A stretch of 64,000 nucleotides of DNA from Camelus ferus (lineage: Eukaryota): NCBI RefSeq assembly GCF_009834535.1, contig NC_045697.1, positions 82,338,001-82,402,000 on the forward strand, given 5' to 3'. Shown here piece after piece: positions 1 through 11,739 of this stretch. The notes below the pieces were generated by a model, which had not been told where the DNA came from, did no database searches, and worked only from the letters and a program-made list of their open reading frames with translations. The stretch's first letter is position 1; each line of letters starts with the position of its first letter. The position numbers and the translations under genes are program-made.

Positions 1-999
1 GTGGAATGCTGATGTTTAAGATATGGTGACTACATTTAGAACTGTAATCCTGTATTTTGTGTTAACAGAAAAAAATAAACTTGAGTAATCCTCATGCTGT
101 AAAATTGGGTAGAAATCAGACTGACATGTTAATCAAAGATGCATCCATTTGACTGTCCTATGGTTAAATTAGGCAAACAAGAATGTTGTAAAAATTATAA
201 ATACACTAAATTTAGTGCTAAATTATAAAATATAATGCACATTGCTTGGCTATTTTATCTCCCTCTTCTTCAAATCATTTTTCTGTATCTCCCTCTCTTC
301 TGTATCAATATAGCATTCTCTCTGAACCTAACACCACACTCCCCTCTTGGAATTCTTCCTTTAATCAGGAAACACCTTCTCAATACTTCAAGCTTTTATG
401 AATTTTATAGCATATTACCACATAATGTTATAGTCTGTAGTCTACTGATATCTATATATCTCTATACATATCCACATGTCTATATGTCTATTAATATGGA
501 TATATTATCTCCAACAAAACTTATAAGTCTTGTTTTGTATATATCTCCTATATTATCTCCTATATTGCCATTCTAGAATTTGCACAAATGGGTACACACA
601 CAGATACAACTTAATCAATGAACTGACTGATTATTTAACTATTGAGTCTTCCTTTCTAACAAAGTGACAGAATCTGTTTATTAGAATAATTTTTATGTTT
701 TTATTAACCATAAACACAGAGAATCAAATAATAGGAAATGGATTTAAGCTACAGCAAATAATATTTGTTTGCTATTAATAATAATTCTACTTAGAATAAA
801 TCATATTTATGAAAAAATCTATACAATACATGATTAGACAGATAATTTTTCTGTGTAGTTAACTTATACATTACAGCCTGCAAAATTTATACATGTTGAA
901 AAATGGAAATAACTACAAAAAGATTGATATAGGGCAACAACTAGAAAATAATAACAAATGCAATATATATTAATGTAACTATATCAACAATCCAACTGG

Positions 1000-3900
1000 T
1001 ACATTTAGACCAATGATGTTCACATTCAACAATGTAAAAACTAGTTATGTACCACAAAAAAAGTGGGATTTATTTAAAATATGCAAGGCTAGTTCAGCGT
1101 TTGAAAATCATATTGTAATCATGTCAACAGGCTAAAAAAGAAAAATCACATGATCCTATAAATAGATGTAGAAAAAGCTATTTGATAAAATCCAACACCC
1201 ATTTATGATAAAAACGCTCAGTAAACTAGGAATAGAATGGAAACTTCCTAACTTGATAAAAATATTTACAAAAATCCTACAGCTAACATGGTTATTTAAT
1301 GGTTAGGAACTTGAAGTTTTCCCACTAAAATCAGTGACAAAGTAATAAGAATGTGCCCCCAAACCACTTCTTTTCAACATTGTCCTAGAAGTTCTAGCGA
1401 ATAAGAAAAATAAGTAAAAAGTACAAAGATTTGGAAGGAAGAAATAAAACTGTCTTTGTTCACAGACATGATTATCCATATAGAAAGTCTGAAAGAACTT
1501 GAAAAAAATTAACTTCCTGGAACTAAAAAGTAATTATAGCAAAGTTGTAGGATACAGGATAAATATACAAAAATCAATCACTTTTCTATATACCAGCAAT
1601 GAATAAGTGGAATTTGAAATTACAAACACAATACCATTTACATTAGTACCCCTCAAAATAAAATAATTACATATAAATCTAGTAAAATATGTACAAGATC
1701 TATCTGAGGAAAACTACAAAACTAATAAACAAAATCAGAGAAGAACTAAATGAATAGAGAGACAGTCCATGTCCATGGACAGGATGACTCAATATTGTCT
1801 AAATGTCAGTTTTTCCCAACTTGATGCAATCCCAATCAAAATTTAAAACGTATATATGGAGAAGCAAAAGACTCAGAATAGCCAACACTATATTGAAGGA
1901 GAAAAAACAATGTTGGAGGATAAATACTACTCAACTTCAAGACTTACTATAAGGCTGTCATAAAGAAGAATATGGAATTGGTGGAAAAATAAATAGATCA
2001 ATGGAACAGAATAAAGATCACAAAAGTCGACCCACATAAATAGAGTAAACTGATCTTTAATAAAAGAGCAAAGGCTATACAATGGAACAAAGAGTTTTTC
2101 CAACAAGTGGTGCAGAAACAAATGAACAACTGGACATCCACATGCCAAAAAATAGAATCTGGACACGGGCTTTACTCCCTTCACAAAAATTAACTCAAAA
2201 TAGATCATAAACCTAAATATAAAACTAAAACCTGTAAAATTCCTGAAAGATAACAGGATAAAATTTAGATGACCTTGGGTATGGTGATAACTCCTTAGAT
2301 ACAACACTAAAGACACAATCCATGAAACAGAATTGGCAAGTTTGAATGCATTAAAATGAAAAGTTTTGCTCTGCAAAAGGCACTGACAAGAGAAAAAAAC
2401 AAGCCATGGACTGGAAAAAAGTATTTGCGAAGATGTATCTGATAAAGGATGTTACACAAAATATACAAAGAACACTTAAAACTCAATAATAAGGAAAGAA
2501 CCTTATAAAAAATGGGCCAAAATTCTTTTTTTTAACATTTTTTATTGAGTTATAGTCGTTTTACAATGTTGTGTCAAATTCCAGTGTAGAGCACAATTTT
2601 TCAGTTATACATGAACATACATGTATTCATTGTCATATTTTTTTTTGCTGTGAGCTACCATAAGATCTTGTGTATATTTCCCTGTGCTATGCAGTATAAT
2701 CTTGTTTATCTATTCTGCATATACCTGTCAGTACCTACAAATTTTGAAATCCCAGTGTATCCCTTCCCATCCCCTGCCCCCTTGGCAACCACAAGTTTGT
2801 ATTCTATGTCTGTGAGTCTATTTCTGTTTTGTATTTATGCTTTGTTTGTTGTTTCTTTTTTTTAGATTCCACATATGAGCAATCTCATATGATATTCTTC
2901 TTTCTCTTTCTGGCTTACTTCACTTAGAATGACATTCTCCAGGAACACCCATGTTGCTGCAAATGGTGTTATGTTGTCGGTTTTTATGGCTGAATACTAT
3001 TCCATTGTATAAATATACCACCTCTTCTTTATCCAGTCATCTGTTGATGGACATTTAGGCTGTTTCCATGTCTTGGCTATTGTAAATAGTGCTGCTATGA
3101 ACATTGGGGTGCAGGTGTCATTTTGAAGTAGGGTTCCTTCTGGATATATGCCCAGGAGCGGGATTCGTGGGTCCTATAGTAAGTCTATTCCTAGTCTTTT
3201 GAGGAATCTCCATACTGTTTTCCACAGGGACTGCATCAAACTGCATTCCCACCAGCAGTGTAGGAATGTTCCCTTTTCTTAACAGATACCTCAACAAAGA
3301 AGATGACAAGATAATACAGAGGTCAAATAATCATATGAAAAGTTGCTTCACATAATATGTCCTCAGGGAAGTAAAAACTAGAACCACAATGACATATCAC
3401 TACACACCTATTAGAATGACCAAAATGCAAAACAATGAGAACACCAAATGCTAATGAGGATGGGGAGCAACAGAACTTTCATTCATTGCTGATAGAAATG
3501 GAAAATGGAATAGCCACTGTGGAAGACAGGTTTTGATTTCTCATCAAGAAAAAATACTCTTAATGTACCATCCAGCAGTCATGCTCCCTGATATTTACCC
3601 AGATGAACTGAGCTGAACATTTATGTCTAACTCATGGAAACTACATATGCATGTTTATAGCAACAGTCTTATTCATAATTGCCAACACTTGGAAGCAACC
3701 AAGATAACCTTCAGTAGGTGAATGGATAAATAAATAGTGATACATCCAAGCAATATTCAGCACTAAAATGACCTCTCAAGCTATGAAAAGACATGGAGGA
3801 AACTTAAGTGGGTATTATTAAGTAGAAGAATACTATATGAAAAGGCTATGTACTGTATGACTCCAACTATATAACATTCGGGAAAAGGCAAAACTATGGA

Positions 3901-4260
3901 GATAATAAAAAAATAAGTGATTGCCAGAGGTTGGTGGGGGGATGAATAGGTAAAACACAGAAGATTTTTAAATCAGTAAAACTGCTCTGTATGATACTAT
4001 AAAGGTGAATAAATGTCATTACACATTCATCCAGACCCATGGAATGTACCACACAAGGGTGAAATCTAATGTAAACTAAGGACTTGGGGTCATAATATGT
4101 CAGTGAACATAAATTTTATCAAATATGCCACTGTGGTGTGGGATGTTGGTAATGGGGAATCTATGTGTTCATACAAACATGGAATATATGGCCAACCTCT
4201 GTACCTACCAACATTCATGTGAACCTAAAACTTTCCTAAAAAGCAAAGTCTATAAAAAAG
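1000..4260 (+). mobile_element. Old LINE-1 (L1MC1-like): 3' ORF2 plus 3' UTR, interrupted by a younger L1 at 2524-3278
   Basis: Degenerate ORF2 RT-region text (tttgataaaatccaacacccatttatgataaaaac; gaaataaaactgtctttgttcacagacatgatt). L1MC1-type 3' end (atggaatgtaccacacaagggtgaaatctaatgtaaact ... gtgaacctaaaact ... aaagtctat). The ORF2 text resumes directly after the nested insert. Confidence 0.85.
2524..3278 (-). mobile_element. Young 5'-truncated LINE-1 3' end (camelid L1_Vpa-like)
   Basis: Poly-T at the left end, then ttattgagttatagtcgttttacaatgttgtgtcaaattccagtgtagagcac... and ORF2 C-terminal text. It splits the host L1 between gggccaaaatt and cttaacagatacc. Confidence 0.9.
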
Positions 4261-5599
4261 ATTCATATATTTCTAGTATGTTTTCTTGAGACTGTCAATA
4301 TTTCAGTGGAGGAATCTTTCATCTATTGATCCTTATTGGTAGGATACATTTGCACTGGAATAGCTCTGACTTTGATGGCACCACATAATTGTCAAAGATA
4401 GGACAGGAAAGTAAATTGTCCTAAAAGTTACACCGTAACTTTTAGTATATAAATAATTGTTTCCATCCACCCAATTTCTTGTTCATATAAAAATCAAACA
4501 GTAGAAGGAAACACTATCATGAAAAAATTTTCAAAAATATTTTAAAAATCATGGAGGCTGAGTAAGAAATGATACAACTCAAGTAGAATTAACACATTTT
4601 CTCTTGTCAGCACTCTTTCACATGGTCATTTGGCTGTACAATATCAAAGAAGCACTCTATGATCAAGGAAGAACAGTTAATAAATTTATATTACATTTAT
4701 ACTTTTTTAGTACCTACATGTTTAAAGATTTCAGTCAGCTGAGTATTTCTACACATTCTGAAGTGGTCACTTATGGCCACATATAGGTATCCAAATCCAT
4801 ACAGAAAATGGTTAAGGGAGGAAAGTTAATATTGATGGTTTTATTTTCCTGCCATTTTCCCCTATAAAGTCCTACTTTTCCTCATTGTTAGAATTAAGTT
4901 GCTTTTCATTTCAAGTGAAGAAACATTGACTTTGGCTCTGTAGACTAAAGGAATTCTTTTGAAAGGATGCTGTGATAGTTTACAGAAAGCAAGAAATCAC
5001 TGAACCAGAAAGACTTGAAAATGTCAGCAGCCTTGGAATCTGCAAGTACCTTAACAGCAAGAGTTCACCTATGTCTCTCTAGAACATTGCCAATAACCTA
5101 TCTTGATGCAAAGCATTTCAGGTCACATCACAAATTTCCGAGAGAGAAAACCTGACTGGCCTTATGTGGATCAGGTAAACCACTCATACATGGACAGCAT
5201 GCCTTTGAATAAATATAGCCTCTGGATAATTTAGTAAATCAAATAAAGAGACTAATTGCTGCTTAAGTGGAATAACAATTTTTACACACTTACTTTATTA
5301 TAATTAAAGTGAGCCTAAATAAATGAGATATAGATAGTAAGAAATAAAAACAATGAAAAGCGCCAGGGAATTTCAATCCTTCATTTCACCTAAAGCATTT
5401 AAAGCTCTTTTGTAACCACATATTTTTTTAATGTTACAGACATTTTTAATGCTGTGTTGCCAAAGGCAAAAACTGACAAAACAATCCAATATATTTCATA
5501 TAAAAATATGTTTATATTGGCCTTATTATTTGCCTAATGAACACCCATCCTTTCTGCTTCCCACCTGAACATCTCTTTTGTTCTGTGTTCACACTCTAT

Positions 5600-6003
5600 T
5601 TTATTTAACCCGTGTTCACTATGAGAAGATGATATGATCTCCCAACACTGGTGAGACTGAGTGAAAAGCCTGAGGACAGCTACACCTTTTTTTTTTTCTT
5701 TAAAACTAGTGATCAATTTAGAATGGACATATGTTAAAATCCAGATCACTGGGAAGACTTAAGGAAAGTTTTTTTCAGCGTGCCTGAGAGTGACATGACA
5801 ATGTTAAATCTGGACTATCACTGCCACCTTGCTACATGGGGGAAAAAAGCCAAAGGACTACAGGCAAATGGACCAAGGATTACCCAGTTTGGGGAGTCTG
5901 CCATCCCTCAGATGCCCACTTGTATAAACTGACATATTTCCTTTGTGCTTAATTCTCTTTGACCTGGGTATTAAGCTACTTGCCATTGACGGAAGTCTGA
6001 TAG
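5600..6003 (+). mobile_element. Degenerate MaLR LTR (MLT1I/J-like)
   Basis: ctgccaccttgctacatgggg ... ttcctttgtgcttaa ... ctacttgccattga, resembling old MLT1 LTR 3' halves. Confidence 0.45.
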
Positions 6004-7104
6004 GCCTTTTCTCTTTATAGACTTTTTTGGATAATGTATCTGTATAAAGTCATGGAGGCAATGCAAGGTTTATTCCCAAGTGTAAGTATTCCCAAGTATA
6101 AATATTTTAGGGAAAGAACCATTTTTGTTGAAAATGGCTTTTGGCTTCATGTCTGAAAATGAAGCTGCTCTTTCCAAGGAGTGAGAGGAGAGAGCAAGAC
6201 TGGGAACACAGGTGACAGTGGTCCAGTGTTTGGGGCGTGAAGGTTCCAGTGAGTAGTTCCCCATTGCACTGTGAGCACTAAATGACACGACACCTCATTA
6301 CGCTCCCGCAAGACTTTGGCAATAAAAAAAGAAAAGCTAAATACGCTACGTTTGGTTATATTAAAATCCTGTGGAAGTCAGTGAAGGCATGGGGATTCTT
6401 ACTGAGTTTTAGAGGAATTGAGAGAATTAACCCATATGGACAGGGACCAGAAATGACGCCTGTGCTATTAGTAGATGTTGGAATAACATACTCCGAAACG
6501 TTCATGGTGGGCATCTCTTTGTTGAGTTTTCCTTGTATTTTTTTCTCTGTTTTCCAACCTTGTGTTCTTTTCACTCTGAAAGTAATTTTTCAAGATCAGA
6601 AAATGTACTCCTTGTTATAAATAATGTCTATTGAGAGAGCCAATGACTAGAGCGGAAGGACACTGGTGAATCAGTGCAGTATCTCAGTGATGTGTATCAC
6701 AATACAGGTGATGGATTGAGATGTCAGGAGGTGTTTGACAAAGTGATAAGTCCAATGTATCAGGTCAGTTGAAAGAATAGCAGCAATCCTTAGGGACACC
6801 AAGATGATAAGCGTAGTAAAAATATCTGATAATTAGATATTACAATAAAAAAAAAAAAGCATGTGGCTGAAATTCGGAATAAGATAGAATCTGTGACATG
6901 CTGTTAAAGTAAAAGGACCTTTACCTACCCTCCCACAATGTAAGTCACCCTTCAGAAGAAAAGATCAATTGTCGTTAAGTGTGCATGGAAGCCCATCACC
7001 CCCAAGAGGATAAAGAATCGTGCTAGTTATACTACAAGCATATGTAAATCTACTTCTCTAGTAACTTCTTTAAAAATGGAACTGCTTTTTTAAGGAAGGG
7101 ATTA

Positions 7105-7320
7105 CTTTTTTAAGACTATCTTTTTTTCAGAGAAGTTTTAGCTTTACAATAAATTTCAGAGGAAGGTACAGAGACTTCCTGTACCCTCTACCCACCCTGG
7201 CCCCCACCACACACACAGCCACCAATTGTCAACATCACTTACCTGAGTGGTACATTATTTGACAAGGATGAACCTTGTATGGGCATATCATACTCTCCCA
7301 AAGTCCATAGTTTTACTTTA
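7105..7320 (-). mobile_element. L1MC-type 3' UTR fragment
   Basis: agaagttttagctttacaataaatttcagaggaaggtacagagacttcc ... caaagtccatag is the reverse complement of the same 3' end type seen at ~4030-4250. Confidence 0.7.
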
Positions 7321-7396
7321 TTAATTTTTTCTTACAGACACATAACTATGGTACTACAAAGAAATTAAGTTATTATAATGAAACTTAATTATATTA

Positions 7397-7680
7397 CTGT
7401 GATAGAACAATAGCCCCACAGAGAAGCCCCCAAAACTTGTGAATATATCACTTTATATGGCAAGGAGGAATTAAGATTATAAATGAAATTATGTTTGCTA
7501 ACTAAATGATAAAAGATTATTTTAGGTTATCTGGCTAAATGATTATCACAAAGTCCTTGAAAGAGAAAGACGAGTGCAGGACTAGGAGGCCAGAGTGATG
7601 GGATATGAGAAAGATTCAACTTATCTTTGCTGGTTTTGAAGATGGAGTAAGGGGGATACAATCTAAGGAGTGTGGGTGGA
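7397..7680 (+). mobile_element. MaLR LTR 5' part (MLT1D/E-like), truncated by an L1 3' end
   Basis: tgtgatagaacaatagcccc...aacttgtgaatatatcactttatatggcaag...tttgctggttttgaagatggag. Confidence 0.7.
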
Positions 7681-7895
7681 TTTGTAGATATAGACTACTA
7701 TATATAAAATAAACAGCAAGGCCCTACTGGATAGCACAGGAAACTACATTCAATACCTTGTAATGGCCTATAATGAAAAGAATATGAAAAGGAGTATGTG
7801 TGTATATATGTATCCATGTATAACTGAATCACTATGCTTTACACCAGAAATTAACATAACATTGTAAATAGACTATACTTCAATTTAAAAAAAAG
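7681..7895 (+). mobile_element. Short cetartiodactyl-type L1 3' end
   Basis: atagcacaggaaactacattcaataccttgtaat...taactgaatcactatgc...gactatacttcaatttaaaaaaa. Confidence 0.85.
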
Positions 7896-8209
7896 TTAAA
7901 AACTATAGTGAAAAGGCCAGCATTCCTGTGACTGATCTTGGTCAATTTTTGCAGCAAATGTTCTTTTCACTCAATGTAACACTTTTTACATGTTGTTAAT
8001 GTTGTGCTTTGTATGAAAAACAGGCAGTTTCTTCGGGAATACATACTAAAAAGGGCAACAGTGACATGTTATATACAATGTGCTCAAGTATGAAAGATGT
8101 TGAGGGGACGGAGAGAGAGAGGGGATGAGAATGAGTGACAAAACAAATAGCAAATATATAAATGTTAGAAATTAGTAAACTGGGTAAACAGATTTCTGTG
8201 TTCAAGTCC

Positions 8210-8305
8210 ATTTATATCGTCTGTGGACCTTTTAATGATGGCCATTCTGACCAGTGTGAGAAGATAGTTCATTGCAGTTTTGATTTGCATTTCCCTGATA
8301 ATTTG
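8210..8305 (-). mobile_element. L1 ORF2 fragment
   Basis: gatggccattctgaccagtgtgag...gttttgatttgcatttccctgataatt. Translates to [24 protein letters not shown], typical of the L1 ORF2 C-terminus. Confidence 0.8.
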
Positions 8306-8339
8306 AAGTTGACTTGTGAGAGAAAGTATGAACCCTGAG

Positions 8340-8535
8340 CAGTGGTTCTCAAAGTGTGGTCTCTGAGACAGCAGTCTCCACGTCACCTGGGTACCTACTC
8401 GTACAGCAAATTTTCATTCTATGCTACCACCAGAAGCATTACTCTATCAGAAGCTGTGTTGCTTGGGCCCAGAAATCTGCTTTTGAACAAGCCCTCAAAG
8501 TGATTCTGATATGTGCTAAAATTGACTATCACAGG
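8340..8535 (+). mobile_element. MER5A (hAT-Charlie) DNA transposon
   Basis: Terminal cagtggttctcaaagtgtggtc; internal agaaatctgcttttgaacaagccctc...gtgattctgat. Confidence 0.8.
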
Positions 8536-9104
8536 TCTCCAGGCTACTGCAGTTCTTTAAGGGAACAAAGGTATTGGACAAAAAATTTACTAACATGCCT
8601 GCACATCTTGTCAGCCTCTTAAAAAGAACAATTTGGAAACGTAAAAGTTACTTACATTCCTGTTACACTAAATCTTCTACTGCAGGCAGTAAGTTCACTT
8701 TTTCACTGTGTGGACTGGACTGTGAAGAACACTTGAAAGTGACAGCATTTTTAGGGGTTAATATTCACTATTCTCTTCACATCTGGGTTGGTCAATTCAC
8801 TCTGCCCTTCATGCAGTGAAAGCACAAGGTATTATACATAGTCCTGTAAGTGGAGTCCTGGGACCTTGGATATAGCGCATATCCTTTTTCCTTGTTTCTA
8901 CTCTTCAGGATATAAACCTTTGGAAGGGTTTTTCAAAGCATTACACCAGCGTATACTCTACTTACCAAGGATCTCGGGAGCAGAGAAAAACTAAGACCTT
9001 ACTGCATATTGTATTTCTCACCTAAATTATTGCATTTACCAAAGTCCCATACTAAATAATTCTAAATGAAATGTAAGAAGGCTGCATCTAGCCTAAAGGG
9101 TCTT

Positions 9105-10402
9105 TTTTTTATTGAGATATAGTTGATGTACAATATTTTGTAAGTTTCCGATATTCAACAAAGTGGTTCATAAATTTTAAGGTTACATTCCATGAAGAGT
9201 TATTATAAAATGTCGGCTACATTCCCTGTGTTGTACTGTATATCCTTGTAGCTCATTTATTTTATACATAGTAATTTGTACCTCTTAATCCCCACCCCCA
9301 TGTTGCCCCTCCCCCTTCCCTCTCCCCATTGGTAACCACTAGTTTGTTCTCTATATCTGTGAATCTGATTCTTTTTTATTATATTCACTGGTTTATTTTT
9401 TTTAATTTTACATACAAGTTATAGCATATAGTATTTTTCTTTCCTTGTCTGACTTACTTCACTTAGCATAATACCCTCCAAGTCCATCTATGTTGTTGCA
9501 AATAGCAAAATTTCATTTTTATGGCTGAGTAATATTATGTTGTGTGTGTGTATATATGTCTCACATCTTCCTTATCCATTCTTCTGTTACGTTGCTTCCA
9601 TATCTTGGCAATTATAAATAATGCTGCTATGAACATTGGGGAGCACATATCTTTTCAAATTAGTGTTTTCATTTTTTTTTTCCAAATAGATACCCAGGAG
9701 TGGAATTGCTGGGTCATATGGTAGTTCTGTTTTTCATTTTTTGAGAAGCCTCTATACTGTTTTCCATAGTGGCTGCACCAATTTACATTCCCACCCACAG
9801 TGTACAAGGTTCTCCTTTCTCCACATCCTCGCTAGCATTTGTTGTTTGTGTTCTTTTTGGTAATAGCCATTCTGACTGTGAGGTGATACCTCACTGTGGT
9901 TTTAATTTGCATTTCTATGATGATTAATTATTTGAACATCTTTTCATGTGCCTATTAGCCATCTGTATGTCTTCTTTTTAAAAATGTCTATTTAGGTCTT
10001 CTGCCCCTTTTTAAATTGAGTTGTTTATTTATTTATTTATTTATTTTTTGATGTTGAGTTGCATGAGCCACTTATATATTTTGGATATTAACCCCTTATC
10101 AGGAGTATAATTTACAAATATTTTCTCAATCAGTAGGTTATCCTTTGGTTTTGTGGATGGTGTCCTTTGCTGTGCAAAAGCTTTTAAGTTTAATCAAGTC
10201 CCATTTGTTTATATTTGCTTTTATTTTCTTCGCTTTAGGAGACAGATCTAAAAAAAAAACATTACTATGATTTATGTCAAAGAGTGTTGGGCCTATGTTT
10301 TCTTCTAGGAGTTTTATGGTTTCTGGCCTTATATTTACATTTAGGTCTTTAATCTATTTTGACTTTATTGTTGTATACGGTGTTAGAGAATATTGTAATT
10401 TG
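9105..10402 (-). mobile_element. 5'-truncated LINE-1 (cetartiodactyl type) with a decayed 19-bp TSD
   Basis: Poly-T, 3' UTR and ORF2 C-terminal text. Flanks atctagcctaaagggtctt (9086-9104) and atccagcctacagagtctt (10403-10421). Confidence 0.9.
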
Positions 10403-11739
10403 ATCCAGCCTACAGAGTCTTAATAAGAAAAAAATTCTAGTTCTCTAAAAGGTTTCTCTTTAATCAATCAGTAGAGCTTGATGACAAGGAATTATAAAAT
10501 TTGTATAGCCTTTCTGTTTGCTGTACAAAATTCACAGAGTTTAACAATTACAATAAAGTGAAGATAAATATTATTATAACTGTGTGCTACCTTGCATAAT
10601 ACTTTTGAAAAAAATAAAGAACAGTTTTCATGTTAGAGGCACATTGTGAAGTATTTTGGATGAATCTAAATGTCATTAGGATTTTGCCTTTAAATGCTCC
10701 AGAGACAGAATAGGAGGAAAAGAAATAGATTAAAGAATGCAAATGTGTAATTAGTGAGTCTGGGAGATTATTATACGCTTACCATTGTTTATTTAACATT
10801 TTTCATACTAAAAGTTAAAATCTAAAACAAATAATAAAAGGCTAAAAAAGACCAAAAAAAAAAAAAAAAACCTGGAAGAAACAATATTTTTCTACTTTGA
10901 ACTTAAAAAGGATCTTTTACTTAAATGACTTCTATTCCTAGAGATAAGTGTTTTTCAGAAGCAAAGCAAGAGTTGCAATAGTAAAGGAATAAAAACATGT
11001 TACATTGAAGAAATTGATACAGTTTATAAAAATACAGATTATACTACGAAGGCATTAAGCAGTATCTTAAAGGCAACTATTTCAAAAATAAAAAAAAATG
11101 TGGAGTTAGTATATCAAAATAGTGATCTTTTTAAATGTTTATGTTTTGTCCATTTAACTCCCATAATAAGACTTTGATGGCAACTCTGGTTCATTCCAAA
11201 GCAAAAATAATTACAAAAAATACGTGCTATAGTTTAGATATAGTCTGATCTGATGCTGCTTGGAGAACCACTGTTTATCCTCCCAAAGAAGAGCTAACAC
11301 TGGACATGGAGGAGGGGCAGGGAGATGCAGAAGAGCATCTGAGAGTCCAGCTATCAAAGCGGGGAGAAGCATAAGCAACATATGCAGCAAGACGGTCTTA
11401 AGGATAGAAGTGTCCTGCAGCCCGTCTCTGGACAGTATACTGTCCAGTTTTCTAGGAGGCTTGTAAACGCCTGCAGGGAGAGGAGTTGGATTCCTTCTTG
11501 GGTTTGGAATCAAGGAAGGAAACTTCTGAACATGGTGGAATTTAAAAGAACCAAGAAGGGCGTTTCCTTGCAGTCAAGCTTCTATAATCAGGTATCATAG
11601 TAAGTAAGCAGTTGTTCCAAATTAGCATTGCTATCTTTTGTTGAAGATGTCTGAAAATGGACTTCTGTGAGTTTAATGTTTTCATATAAAGCAGTTAAAA
11701 AAAATTCTTAATTTAATTTTTTTCATTTGTGTTGATTTT

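Noticed and set aside
235..576. 113-aa hydrophobic ORF
   Set aside because: Low-complexity, T/C- and AT-rich sequence with local repeats; no splice or homology support
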